Below, piece by piece: positions 32,895 to 42,467 of a DNA stretch of 64,000 nt. Each line of letters starts with the position of its first letter. The stretch's first letter is position 1. Made by a program: the position numbers and the translations under genes. Below the pieces are notes generated by a model. It was not told where the DNA came from. It searched no databases and saw only the letters and a list, made by a program, of their open reading frames with translations. Location: IMG/VR virus record IMGVR_UViG_2773857766_000004, positions 52,292-116,291 of that record. The stretch is one strand, 5' to 3'. The DNA comes from a virus (taxonomy: Duplodnaviria; Caudoviricetes).

Positions 32895-33968
32895 TTAGAT
32901 CTGCTTGTTCAGCCAGGCCTCGATCTGCGCGGGCGACATGTTGGCCGTCGCCTGCAGCATCTCGAGGCCGCTCATGTCCGCCGTGGCATCCAAGGCCGAC
33001 GCTCCCGCCGCGTGCCCGCCAGGGATGCTGGAAAGGCTGGACGGGGGATCGGCCTTGGCTTTCGCCAGGGCGGCTTGCGCTGCGGCCTTGGGGTCGGCCG
33101 CAGCTGGTTGAGACGAGGGTTTCGCGGTCGCCGCCTTGTATGCGTCGAACACCTCCACGATCTGGGCCGCGCTGCCGCCCGTTTTCGCGTCGAACAGTCC
33201 CCGGTACGCGTCGCGGACCACGCTGGGGTGCGAGTCCACCCACGCCTGGAACTCCGAGCTCTGCACGATGGAGTCCGCGTTGGGGTGCGCCTTGTAGATG
33301 GCGTCGAAGTGCGAGCTGGCCGCGTCCTGCTGGTGCTTGGCCTGCAGCGGCTCCACGGCTTTGGCCACATGCGCCTGCACCTGGGTCGCTACCTGCTGGG
33401 CCACCAGCTTTTCGATGCCGGCTTTCAGCGCCTCCTCGGAGAAGTCGCCGAACAGGTCCGCGTCCGCACCCGCTTCGATGGCCGCCGCTGCGGTGGCTGC
33501 CATGTTGTCGGTCTTGGTCGGGGCCTGTCCGGCGTCTGCCCGGGCCTGCGCCTGCGCCTGCAGATCGGCCAGTTGTTGCTGAGCGGCTTCTGCGGCGGCC
33601 TGCCATTGCTGAGCGCCCTTGCGGGCCTCCTCCAGCTTCGCGTAGGGGATGGTGTGTTTGCCATCCTTCGCCAGCACCACGGCCTTCGACGGGTCGATCT
33701 GCGACTCATCCACCTCCGTTGCGCTGACATCCACGGTCTTGCCGTCGTCGGCCTTGCCCTGGGCGGGCTGCTCCTGTTCGTTGTCGGTGTCGGCCTTGGC
33801 CGCGCCTTTGTCGTCCGTCGCAGTGGTGGTCGTGGGCGCGCCACCTGCATCCGGCACCGTTGCGGTGCTGGTATCGCCCGTGCCTTCCAAGGCCAGTGCC
33901 TGAAGGGCCTGCTCCGGCGTCAATGCGCTGTCGATGCCGCTGTAGAAACTCTCGTGTGATGTCGTCAT
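32895..33968 (-). CDS. Capsid scaffolding protein
   Basis: Acidic, Ala-rich, DGKHTIPYAKLEEAR followed by coiled coil; directly upstream of MCP. Confidence 0.72.
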   Translation of the reverse strand: MTTSHESFYSGIDSALTPEQALQALALEGTGDTSTATVPDAGGAPTTTTATDDKGAAKADTDNEQEQPAQGKADDGKTVDVSATEVDESQIDPSKAVVLAKDGKHTIPYAKLEEARKGAQQWQAAAEAAQQQLADLQAQAQARADAGQAPTKTDNMAATAAAAIEAGADADLFGDFSEEALKAGIEKLVAQQVATQVQAHVAKAVEPLQAKHQQDAASSHFDAIYKAHPNADSIVQSSEFQAWVDSHPSVVRDAYRGLFDAKTGGSAAQIVEVFDAYKAATAKPSSQPAAADPKAAAQAALAKAKADPPSSLSSIPGGHAAGASALDATADMSGLEMLQATANMSPAQIEAWLNKQI

Positions 33969-34109
33969 GCCTGTCCCGCCACATGTCGCCGTGGCCGCAA
34001 GGGGCCAGCAATCCGGAGCGGCCATGGAGGCCGCGCCATCTGCTCGTGGATCCGGTGCGCTCGCACGCTCCGGGCATCGCTTCCCGCTCGCGCGTTCTGC
34101 TTGGGGATC

Positions 34110-34147
34110 AGTGTCGAAAGAGGCCGCGTTTTCGCTATGCCCTATAC
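34110..34147 (-). promoter_or_regulatory. Putative late promoter 5 (scaffold/MCP)
   Basis: GTATAGGGC-ATAGCG-N17-GACACT. Confidence 0.7.
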
Positions 34148-34184
34148 CGGGCGGGCTACGATGACGGCAGGAGGAGCATTGGTT

Positions 34185-34841
34185 ATGCGTTATGCGCTCG
34201 TGAACGGAGAGAGAGCCGAGCCGCAGCCGAAACTACGCGGCGCCTGCCGCGCCTGCAGCGAGGAGGTCACGGCGAAGTGCGGGAAGCACGTTGTCTGGCA
34301 CTGGTCGCATTTGGCGACCACCCACTGTGACCCATGGTGGGAGCCGGAAACACAGTGGCACCGCGACTGGAAGGACTGTTTCCCCAGGGACTGGCAGGAG
34401 GTGCCAGCCCGCGAACCGGGTACCGAAGAACTTCACATTGCGGACGTCAAAACACCGCATGGCCTTGTGGTCGAGTTTCAGCATTCCACGATCCACCCAG
34501 ACGAGGTGCGAGCCAGGGAGCGCTTCTACGGCAACATGATCTGGGTTGTTGACGGGTGCCGGTTGCCGAGCGACGTGGTTGTCTTTCCCAGTTGCGTCAA
34601 GGACAGTGCTGAAGATGTGCACGATTTTCACTGGATCGGCAGAAGCAAACTATTCCAGCGCTGGCATACCGAAAAGCCCGTGTTCATGGACTTCGGAAGG
34701 AATGGGCTTTGGCAGGTGCACCGTTTCAATCTCTCGACCCGCAAAGGCAAGCTGATATGGACTCCGCGCTCAGAGTTTGTGGAGGCCGTAGCAGGCAACA
34801 CCTTCGACTTTTCATTTGAAGGTGGGCCTGCTGCCAAGTAG
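34185..34841 (+). CDS. CoiA-like Zn-finger PD-(D/E)xK nuclease (moron)
   Basis: CRAC..KCG..HWSH..CDPWWEPETQWH..W..HIADV..VEFQHS; GGAGGAG RBS; antisense to late operon; lower GC. Confidence 0.8.
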   Translation: MRYALVNGERAEPQPKLRGACRACSEEVTAKCGKHVVWHWSHLATTHCDPWWEPETQWHRDWKDCFPRDWQEVPAREPGTEELHIADVKTPHGLVVEFQHSTIHPDEVRARERFYGNMIWVVDGCRLPSDVVVFPSCVKDSAEDVHDFHWIGRSKLFQRWHTEKPVFMDFGRNGLWQVHRFNLSTRKGKLIWTPRSEFVEAVAGNTFDFSFEGGPAAK

Positions 34842-34852
34842 CGCTGCCCGCG

Positions 34853-37150
34853 CTACCCGATGTTGTCGGCGGTGGTCGGCGTCTCGATGCCGCGCTCCCC
34901 TCTGCTCGCTTGCTGCGGTACGGGCGGGAATGCTGGGCTCGTGTTCTCCCGCACACCCGTGGCGTCTTCCATAGCAGCCGGCCCCTGGCCCTGGATGTAC
35001 GGGCTCTTGATGTTCATCGCCGCGGTCTGCGCGGGCACGGGGAAGTTCGGATCGTCTCCGCCCGGGTTGGGTGCTTGGTAGCCCGCGCCCTGCATGATCT
35101 TGTCCGCGATCGGCGCGATCATGGGCATCTGCGCGACTTGCGCCCCGCCCTGCATGGCCGAGAAAGCCGCCTGCACGCCTGTCTGCACCGCCTGGGCCAT
35201 GATCTGTTTGATCTGGGCCTCCGTCAGCCGCTCCTTCATGTCCAGCTCGCGTGCCTTGAGGTCGTTGCCGGCCTGCTTGAGAGCGTCGGCGACCGCCTGC
35301 TTGATGCGCTGCTCGACCTGCTCCGGCGTCTCCTGTGCGCCAGCCGCGCGCAATGACTCCACCAGTTCGCGCTTGAACGGCACGTCCATGAGGCTGGCCA
35401 TGAAAGGCATGGCAGCGGCCTGGTACTGCGCCGGGAGCGACTTGATCGTCTCGGACATGGCTTGCAGCTGCTGGCCCCGGAAGCTGGCCGTGCTCGGGAC
35501 ATCCTCCAGCGAGACCTTGAGGCGGGTCCGCTGCAGATCGTTGGACAGGTAGGGTAGCCCCGTCTCCGGGTCCGTCTCGGGCTTGTTGATTGTGATGACC
35601 CGCTTCGCCCGCACCGCGTCGCCTTCGATCACGATGGTCTGCTCCTCGGTGCCCATATCCTGGACCAGCATGGACAGCAGCAGTTCGCCCACCTGGGTGC
35701 GACCGCGCTTGAAGTTGCCCATCATGTGTGCGAGGGACTGGTTGGCCTGCTCCACCTGGGTGGCCTCCTGCACGCCGCTGGTGGCCGTGCCGCGGCGGCC
35801 CGAGAACGCGCCGGCCGCGGCTGGGTTCACGCGCTCGATAGCCTGCCGCGCATTGTTCAGCATGTCCAGCTGTTGGGCGTTCATCTGGTAGTCGCGCTCC
35901 ACCTCGAACCTTGCGCCCGGCTGCGCCATGGCGGCTGGGTCCAGCACCACGTCGGCGTCGAGGCGGCCGATGGTTCGCCGGAACTGGTCATCCGTCATCG
36001 CCACCGCACCCTTGGTGCGCACGGTGCGGAACGCCGACATGCCCCAGCGAAGCCGCGAGTTACCCGAGTTCAGCGTGTCCTGCTGGTAGAGCATGTTGCG
36101 GATGTACCCGAAGGGCACGTTCGTCTGGTCCTCCCGGAAGCCCCAGAAGGGGACGTAGGGGAAGAAGCGATGCGCATAGGGCGTGGGCCCATCGAACAGC
36201 ACGTGCGGGCCGAGCCAGTATGAGCGGCGCACCTTTGCCACGGTCGCGCGGCGGAACTGCACCAGGTTGTTCGCGATGGCATGCTCGTGCGCGGGGTTGG
36301 CGCGATCGAACTCCACCACTCGGCCGTCCGGGCTCTTGAGCACGATCACGTCGGACCAGCGCCGGTACCACAGCTCCGATGCGCAGATCTCCTTGTTGAA
36401 CGGGTTGTACCAGCGGTCTTCTGCGATGGTCCATTCGCGCGCCACGTCGGCCGCGCGGCTCAGGCCGGTGCTCTGCCCACCCTCGTCGTACCCATCGTAT
36501 TCGTTCCACCACGCCGTGCCCGACTTGCCGAACCGGCGGATCAGCTCCTTGTGCTCGGGGAACACCCGCACCAGCCGCGACGGGTGCATCCAGCGCTGCC
36601 GGCGAAGCCAGCGCGCGCGCAGCAGCTGGTCGTCGCTCGGGTCGCTCATGTCCCAGTGGATCTCATTGCGGTTGATGGGCAGGCACTGGAAGGGGTAGCC
36701 GAACGGGTCGTCCGATTTGCTGACCTCTACCCAGCCCACGCCCACGCCGATCTGCGGATAGAAGGCCCGCGAGCATGCGTCATCGGCCCGCGCGTTCCGC
36801 TCCGCCTCGTTCAGCTTGAAGTTGATCGCGTCCGCCACATCCTGCCCGCCAGGCTGCCCGTTGGGCGTCACGCGCCAGTCCGTGCGCGTGGCCTCCTCGT
36901 AGCCCCGGATGCCCTCGAGCGCGGCGCCGATCAGGTTTTCCATCGACGGCGGGATGCCCAGGGCTTGCTGGGCCTGCAGCAGCTCGGTCTTGAGCTGATT
37001 GCCGTCCGCGTAGTCCATCTCCTTGTCGGCCTGCCGACGCCAAGCCTTGGGCTGGTTGTCGATCTCCTCGAGGATCTGGGTGTACTCGCTCAACGACAGC
37101 GGCACATCGCCATCGGGGGTGTCCACGGGGTCGATTTCGTTGGTGGTCAT
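34853..37150 (-). CDS. Portal protein (P22-like)
   Basis: 765 aa after TerL; WRRQADKEMDYADGNQ..FPYVPFWGFRE..PFGYIRNM..QDTLN..SGVQ. Confidence 0.88.
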   Translation of the reverse strand: MTTNEIDPVDTPDGDVPLSLSEYTQILEEIDNQPKAWRRQADKEMDYADGNQLKTELLQAQQALGIPPSMENLIGAALEGIRGYEEATRTDWRVTPNGQPGGQDVADAINFKLNEAERNARADDACSRAFYPQIGVGVGWVEVSKSDDPFGYPFQCLPINRNEIHWDMSDPSDDQLLRARWLRRQRWMHPSRLVRVFPEHKELIRRFGKSGTAWWNEYDGYDEGGQSTGLSRAADVAREWTIAEDRWYNPFNKEICASELWYRRWSDVIVLKSPDGRVVEFDRANPAHEHAIANNLVQFRRATVAKVRRSYWLGPHVLFDGPTPYAHRFFPYVPFWGFREDQTNVPFGYIRNMLYQQDTLNSGNSRLRWGMSAFRTVRTKGAVAMTDDQFRRTIGRLDADVVLDPAAMAQPGARFEVERDYQMNAQQLDMLNNARQAIERVNPAAAGAFSGRRGTATSGVQEATQVEQANQSLAHMMGNFKRGRTQVGELLLSMLVQDMGTEEQTIVIEGDAVRAKRVITINKPETDPETGLPYLSNDLQRTRLKVSLEDVPSTASFRGQQLQAMSETIKSLPAQYQAAAMPFMASLMDVPFKRELVESLRAAGAQETPEQVEQRIKQAVADALKQAGNDLKARELDMKERLTEAQIKQIMAQAVQTGVQAAFSAMQGGAQVAQMPMIAPIADKIMQGAGYQAPNPGGDDPNFPVPAQTAAMNIKSPYIQGQGPAAMEDATGVRENTSPAFPPVPQQASRGERGIETPTTADNIG

Positions 37151-37160
37151 GGTGTCGTGC

Positions 37161-38888
37161 TCAGTAATAGGATGGGACCGGCGCCTCGACGTAGCCGCCC
37201 TGGTCGCTCATGAGTTCGAGCAGGCCCAGCTCCTTGGCCTGTGCCCATTGCCGGAAAGCGTCAGCGCCCTCGCTGCACCCGTTGCTCTTGTCGGGTGTGC
37301 TGTCCAGGTATCGGGCATCAGCCTGACTCCACTTCTTCTTATAGTGGGCCAGCCGCTCGACGCCCTTCTTCGTCCCCTCCAGGTCGAACCAAGCGGACTT
37401 GAAGTGCTTGCGCGTGGTCAGGATGCCAGTCATCAGCTCGGTGACCCGCGGCACGATGAAGAACTTGTGGCCGGGCAGCAGGCCCTGCAGCTGCTCCTTG
37501 ACCGACTTGTTGTAGTCGCCCAGGCGCTTGTGGTCCGCGTCGTGTGGGAGGAAGTGACCGCCGTAGACGAAGCCCCGGCGCTGCAGCTCCGTGGCGTAGT
37601 GGCGCAGGTCCTCGTCGTGCTCTTCGTAGTACCCGATGAAGCGGTCCTGCATCCGCGAGCACTGCATGAACCAGATGGCAGTCCCATCGCTGCTGCCGAT
37701 GTCCCAGAAGGTGAACACAGGCAGGTCCAGCATCGGCACGGTCGTGATTCCGCCGCGCTTGCGCACCAGCATCAGTTCCTTGGCGTAGTAGTTGCCCTTC
37801 GTGGACTGCTGGAAGGCCTCCTGCGGGGTGGACGGGTATTCCCGCCACATCTGGTCCTCGGCGCCTGCGAAGTCGTTGTTCAGCTTCTCGACGTACCAGG
37901 CGCGCTGCCCGGTGTCGATCGTGCAGCCCATCAGGCTCTCGATCTCGTCGAAATAGTCCTGCAGCTCCTGGCTGACCACCACGCCCGCCGGGTCCATGCG
38001 ATAGGCAGGATCCTGCCACCACGCATAGAAGTGGAAGCGGTATTGCGAGGCCGTCAGCCGGCCCGCGCCGGTGACCAGCGCCATGGCGCGCTGGCACATC
38101 CGGTAGAACTCGCCATCCTGCCCTTCCGCGGTGCTCTCCACCACGATGATCCCGGACAGCGGGACAGCCTGGAAGGAGCCCGTGACCACTTCGACGGCCT
38201 TGTGCGGGAACTTGGCGCAGATCTTCCCGAACTCGCTGACGTGCAGACGGTGGATGGTGCCACCGCGAACGGAGGTGGCCACGCGCAGGCTGGAGTTGTT
38301 GTGGGCGAACAGCAGCTCCTTGGTGCTGGCCCGCGCGAGGGGGAAGCGCTGGCGGATCTCCTCGGGCAGGTGGTCGTAGGCGAACACCACCTTGTCGCGG
38401 AAGATGGCTTCGGCCGTCTCGCGATCCTGGGCGATCATGCCGCAGCGCTGGTTGCCGTTGAACAGCGCGTGATCCAGCCACATGAGCGCGATCAGCGTGG
38501 TGAAACCCAGCTGCCGCGCCTTGAGGATGAGGTTGCGGTTCCAGAGCCGCATGATGAACCGGCGCTGCGCGCGGTTCGGCTTGAACGGCATCACGAACGA
38601 GTCGTCGTCGTCGCTCTCACCCTTGACGATGATCTGGTACAGGCACCCCGAGAAAAGTCTCCACTCCGGGTCCATGAGGCACCGGGCCAGCTCGGCCTCG
38701 TCGGTGGGGACCATGGTGGGGTGGGCCGCGATGTGCGGACCGCGCTTGGGTCGGCGCCGGTTGTCCCAGCGGTGGCCCACCTGCGCGTCTACCTCCTGCC
38801 CGGGCTTGATGGCCACGGCGTCTTCATCCTCTTCCAGCGTGCCGGGCTCGGCCGGCGCCGCGGCGCGCTTAGACCGGGGCGCCGCCAT
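37161..38888 (-). CDS. terL: Terminase large subunit
   Basis: ILKARQLGFTT (Walker A), LHVSE (Walker B), VESTA, WDIG nuclease motif, SEGADAFR; start MAAPRS inferred. Confidence 0.92.
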   Translation of the reverse strand: MAAPRSKRAAAPAEPGTLEEDEDAVAIKPGQEVDAQVGHRWDNRRRPKRGPHIAAHPTMVPTDEAELARCLMDPEWRLFSGCLYQIIVKGESDDDDSFVMPFKPNRAQRRFIMRLWNRNLILKARQLGFTTLIALMWLDHALFNGNQRCGMIAQDRETAEAIFRDKVVFAYDHLPEEIRQRFPLARASTKELLFAHNNSSLRVATSVRGGTIHRLHVSEFGKICAKFPHKAVEVVTGSFQAVPLSGIIVVESTAEGQDGEFYRMCQRAMALVTGAGRLTASQYRFHFYAWWQDPAYRMDPAGVVVSQELQDYFDEIESLMGCTIDTGQRAWYVEKLNNDFAGAEDQMWREYPSTPQEAFQQSTKGNYYAKELMLVRKRGGITTVPMLDLPVFTFWDIGSSDGTAIWFMQCSRMQDRFIGYYEEHDEDLRHYATELQRRGFVYGGHFLPHDADHKRLGDYNKSVKEQLQGLLPGHKFFIVPRVTELMTGILTTRKHFKSAWFDLEGTKKGVERLAHYKKKWSQADARYLDSTPDKSNGCSEGADAFRQWAQAKELGLLELMSDQGGYVEAPVPSYY

Positions 38889-39879
38889 CGTCATCCTCGC
38901 GGGGCTCGAACCCGTTCGTGCCGGATGGCGGGGGCGCCTCTGGGTCATCCGCCACGGGCTTGAACCCATTGCTGTTGCCGTTCGCGATCCGGGCCAGCAG
39001 CGCGGCCAGCGGGTCGGCCTTCTGCTGGTTGTCCTTCTCGTAGACGCCCAGGTGCCGCGCCAGCTTCTCGATGGCGTCCATCTTGGAGTGCATCTTGATC
39101 TCGATGCCGTCCTTGGTCTGCTTCGCGCCGGCATAGAGGGCCGCAGCTGCGCCGCTGATCTTGCGGGTGTCCTTCAGTACCACGCGCGGGGCACCATCGC
39201 CGCCGCAGTGCGGGCACTCGGGGTTGGGCTGCAGGAGAGGGTTGAACCCGATCCCGCCTGCTTCGTCGAACTCGGCAGGGTTCTTGCCCTTCTCCACCCA
39301 GTCCTCGCGGTCCCGGTTCATCTCGCCCACGGTGCGCTGGTACTTGTGCCCTTCGCCGTGGCAGCAGCGGCAGCAGCCGGTACGCACCTCCACCAGCTCG
39401 CGCGCATCGGCCAGAGCCACGCTGACGATCTCCTGCAACACGCGGTCCGCGGTGATCTCGGTGCGTGCCTGCTGGCGCTTCCTGGCTTCGGACACCGCCA
39501 GTTGGATGTCCGGTTTTGACAGGTTCTCCGCGCCCATCTGGCGAGCCGTGCCGGGGCTGTAGCCGGCTCGGATGGCGGCCTGGGTGGCGTTCAGGTCCAC
39601 CAGGTACTCGTCGACGAACTTCTCTTGCTTGGGCGTGAGCCCGAGCTGGGCGCGCTCGGCCTGCGGCGGTGGGGCGTTCTTCGGAAGCTGGGCGGCCTTG
39701 CGTGCCTGCTTCTTGGCTGGGGCCTTCTCCAGCCGTGGCGTGGGTGTCTTCTTCACAGCGGGCTTGGCCGATGCCGGCGCTGCAGGCGCGGCCTTGCCTG
39801 CGGCCCGTTGAGGGGCTGCAGGCTTGGGGGCTATGGTCTTGCGGGGTGCAGGCTTCTTCCCTGCCGGTTCTCTGGCCAT
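38869..39879 (-). CDS. terS: Terminase small subunit
   Basis: LTPKQEKFVDEYLVDLNATQAAIRAGYS motif; K/A/P-rich N-terminus; Cys-rich insert. Confidence 0.92.
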   Translation of the reverse strand: MAREPAGKKPAPRKTIAPKPAAPQRAAGKAAPAAPASAKPAVKKTPTPRLEKAPAKKQARKAAQLPKNAPPPQAERAQLGLTPKQEKFVDEYLVDLNATQAAIRAGYSPGTARQMGAENLSKPDIQLAVSEARKRQQARTEITADRVLQEIVSVALADARELVEVRTGCCRCCHGEGHKYQRTVGEMNRDREDWVEKGKNPAEFDEAGGIGFNPLLQPNPECPHCGGDGAPRVVLKDTRKISGAAAALYAGAKQTKDGIEIKMHSKMDAIEKLARHLGVYEKDNQQKADPLAALLARIANGNSNGFKPVADDPEAPPPSGTNGFEPREDDDGGAPV

Positions 39880-39887
39880 GGTCAGGA

Positions 39888-39925
39888 AGTGTCCCGGGCC
39901 ATGGCGGGGGAGTCGAACCCTATGC
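39888..39925 (-). promoter_or_regulatory. Putative late promoter 6 (terS)
   Basis: GCATAGGGT-TCGACT-N17-GACACT, ATG 8 nt downstream. Confidence 0.7.
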
Positions 39926-39970
39926 CGGGTTGCCGTGCGGCGCCCGGTCTTGGCACGGCGCGATCGGGGG

Positions 39971-40480
39971 TCAGATCGGCAGCAGGTGCTGCTGTAGCTC
40001 CGGCTTGCTCGCGAGCGCCGCCTTCAGTGCCCGTTCCAGCTTTCCCACGCGCGCAGCCAGCTCGGTGGCCAGGAAAAGATGCTGCCGGCCGTTCTCGATG
40101 ACGCGGGCGTCTTCCGCGAAGCCTCCCAGCGCGCGCGCCGCCGTGCGGGCCTCGGTGGGCGACAGGTCCAGCACCTGCTCGCCGATCTCCAGCTTCACCA
40201 TGCCGTCGGGCAAGATGCCGCAGAAGATGGCGCGCGGCGGCGGGAACGTCTCGACCAGCTCGTAGTAGCCCCGGGTGAGGCGTTTCAGCTTGCCGTCGTC
40301 CACCAGCGCGCGCAGCCGGTCGTCCACGATGCCGAGCTTCAGGCCGGTCAGCGAGGCCACCGTGTCGCGCGAGGCCTGCTGGTCCAGCCCCCGAAGATCG
40401 CGCACGGCATCGAACACCCGCTGGGTGCTGGTCAGGGGCTTGCCCTGGGGTGCTTCGGTCTTAGGCTTGTCCATTTCCAT
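39971..40480 (-). CDS. Winged-HTH protein, candidate late-gene activator
   Basis: SRDTVASLTGLKLGIVDDRLRALVDDGKLKRLTRGYY; last early gene before terS. Confidence 0.55.
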   Translation of the reverse strand: MEMDKPKTEAPQGKPLTSTQRVFDAVRDLRGLDQQASRDTVASLTGLKLGIVDDRLRALVDDGKLKRLTRGYYELVETFPPPRAIFCGILPDGMVKLEIGEQVLDLSPTEARTAARALGGFAEDARVIENGRQHLFLATELAARVGKLERALKAALASKPELQQHLLPI

Positions 40481-41063
40481 ATTCGTCCCCCTTCCACGGT
40501 TTCAGCTTGACAGGCCACAGGCCCGCTTGTTCGATCTCTCGGCGCGTCTCGGCGGCCCACCGCTCGCCCAGCAGCCGATGCGCTTCCCTGCCGCCCTCCA
40601 CCAGCTGGTACTGGTCGAACAGCTCGTGGCAGCCCACGCGGCCGGGCGCCACCGTGCAGAGCGGAAAGCCCCGGCGGTCGTCCACCTTGAGCCCCATCCC
40701 CTTCCCCTGGTTCTCGTGGGCATGCTGGCTGTGGCCGTGGCGGCCGCAGGCCTTGCAGGGCATCGCAGCGACGAGGCGCCGGTAGGGCTCGCTGCGCAGC
40801 AGCTCCTCCTTCGGAATGGTGGTGGGCACCGCCTGCGGGTCCACCAGCGCATGGACCACAGCCGGGGCGAACGCGGGCCGGCGCGCTTGGAGCGCTTTCA
40901 GCTGGAGCGTGAACGCTGCAGATTCCATCGCCGCACGTGCGCGCGCGGCCAGGCGCTCCGCGCGATCTGGCTCCGCCGCGGGCAGCCCCCGGGAGGCCGA
41001 GGCGAACCGCGAGCGCTTGAGCCCCACGGTGCCGCGGCTCATGGGCTTGGTGCGGGTCAGCAT
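40461..41063 (-). CDS. DUF968/NinG-like Cys/His nuclease-fold protein
   Basis: RSEPYRRLVAAMPCKACG..HAH..KGMGLK..PLC..CH. Confidence 0.6.
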   Translation of the reverse strand: MLTRTKPMSRGTVGLKRSRFASASRGLPAAEPDRAERLAARARAAMESAAFTLQLKALQARRPAFAPAVVHALVDPQAVPTTIPKEELLRSEPYRRLVAAMPCKACGRHGHSQHAHENQGKGMGLKVDDRRGFPLCTVAPGRVGCHELFDQYQLVEGGREAHRLLGERWAAETRREIEQAGLWPVKLKPWKGDEYGNGQA

Positions 41064-41311
41064 GCCGGTGCCTCCTCGCGCGGGGCGAACTCGATGCGCG
41101 CGCGCCAGCAGTCGGCCGGGCGCGCCCGTTTCAGCTTCACGACGCGGTAGCGGGTTGTGGCGCGCGGACCGTTCGCCAGGATCAGGTAGTCGCCCACCTT
41201 CACGCCCAGGCCATGGCCGACCACGGACGCCGTCTTTCCGTCCTCGCTCACCGTGATGAAGGTGATGTTGTGGCCCCAGGTTGGGGAGGTGTAGTCGTGC
41301 GTCGTGCTCAT
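41057..41311 (-). CDS. Hypothetical protein
   Basis: 84 aa from MSTTHD; coupled to neighbours. Confidence 0.55.
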   Translation of the reverse strand: MSTTHDYTSPTWGHNITFITVSEDGKTASVVGHGLGVKVGDYLILANGPRATTRYRVVKLKRARPADCWRARIEFAPREEAPAC

Positions 41312-41760
41312 GCCGCCCTCGCCTTCTTCTCTGGGGCTGCCTGGCGGAACGTCCATCCCACCATCGCAGCATCGCGCTCGTGCTGATTGCACCGGCCCTG
41401 CCAGCCGGTGTAGGCCTTGAAGTTCTCGGCGGCGCGCTTCGGGCCCTTGGCCGCCGGGCTGATGCCTTGGGCGGCTATGCCCAGCTCCTTGCAGATCATG
41501 TCGATCAGGCCGCACCACGCATCCACCGTCCCCAGGTCGCGCGCCGTGGCCAGGGCGGCGCCCTTCGCGGCCTTGCTGTGCGCGTTCCAGGCGCGACTCT
41601 GCAGACGTGAGTCCTCGTAGATCACCCAGTCCGGCCGGGCAGCGCGGATGGTGCGCTCCAGCTCAAGCGGCGTGATCGTGTCCAGCGCCACCAGCTTCCC
41701 GCCCTCGAAAGTGGCGAGGCCGGTGTCCATGCCCGGGTCGATGCCCAAAATCTTGCTCAT
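41308..41760 (-). CDS. RuvC-like Holliday junction resolvase
   Basis: KILGIDPG..G, VIYED, HERDAA acidic catalytic pattern. Confidence 0.72.
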   Translation of the reverse strand: MSKILGIDPGMDTGLATFEGGKLVALDTITPLELERTIRAARPDWVIYEDSRLQSRAWNAHSKAAKGAALATARDLGTVDAWCGLIDMICKELGIAAQGISPAAKGPKRAAENFKAYTGWQGRCNQHERDAAMVGWTFRQAAPEKKARAA

Positions 41761-42467
41761 GCCGTCCTCCGGGCGATCAGCGCGGTGAACATGCCGCCTT
41801 CCTCGCGCCATGACCGGTGCTTGCGCACGTCGGCGATCGTCGGCTTTGCCACGCCGTACTCCCGCGCCAGTTCACCATCTGTGGCGCCAGCATCGATGCG
41901 GGCGCGGATGGCACGGACCTTCTCCCAGTCCAGCTTTCCCGTGCGTTGCTTCGCGCGTGCGATCCGCGCCCGCTGCAGTTGAGTAACGGACTTCCCGATC
42001 GCCTTGTCTTCGCGGCGTCCGAGGTACATGTGCTGGTACTCGACGCATCGATCGTTCTCGCAATCCACGCGCACTGTCTGCTGGTAGCCCAGCGGGCCGC
42101 GCTTGATTTGCCAGATGGTCCGCCGCACCGACGTGGGCGCACTGTCTTTCCCGATGCAGGCCATGGGGCCACGCCTGGGGTCCAGATACCCCGGCCACTC
42201 CAGACAGCCATCCATCATCCTGCGGCTACGGTTGGTGAGGATCTCGAGCTTCAGCTCGTCGGTGAAGTCCCAGTCCTTGAGCACCAGATGGGGGATGCCT
42301 TCGATGTAGACGCTGCGGATCAGGTCTTCCGCCTTCAACGCTTCCAGGATGGCGCGCAGGCGCTGGCGCACTTCATGGTTGCGGGAGCCGGCCAGGTCGA
42401 GCGTGCGCACCGGCCCCTCGGTGATCCTGGCGAGCACAGCATCGCGTGTGAATTCCATCTTCATCAT
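41757..42467 (-). CDS. Degenerate HNH-like protein with C-terminal HTH
   Basis: GCLEWPG..CENDRCV..H and ELAREYGVAKPTIADVRKHRSW. Confidence 0.55.
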   Translation of the reverse strand: MMKMEFTRDAVLARITEGPVRTLDLAGSRNHEVRQRLRAILEALKAEDLIRSVYIEGIPHLVLKDWDFTDELKLEILTNRSRRMMDGCLEWPGYLDPRRGPMACIGKDSAPTSVRRTIWQIKRGPLGYQQTVRVDCENDRCVEYQHMYLGRREDKAIGKSVTQLQRARIARAKQRTGKLDWEKVRAIRARIDAGATDGELAREYGVAKPTIADVRKHRSWREEGGMFTALIARRTA

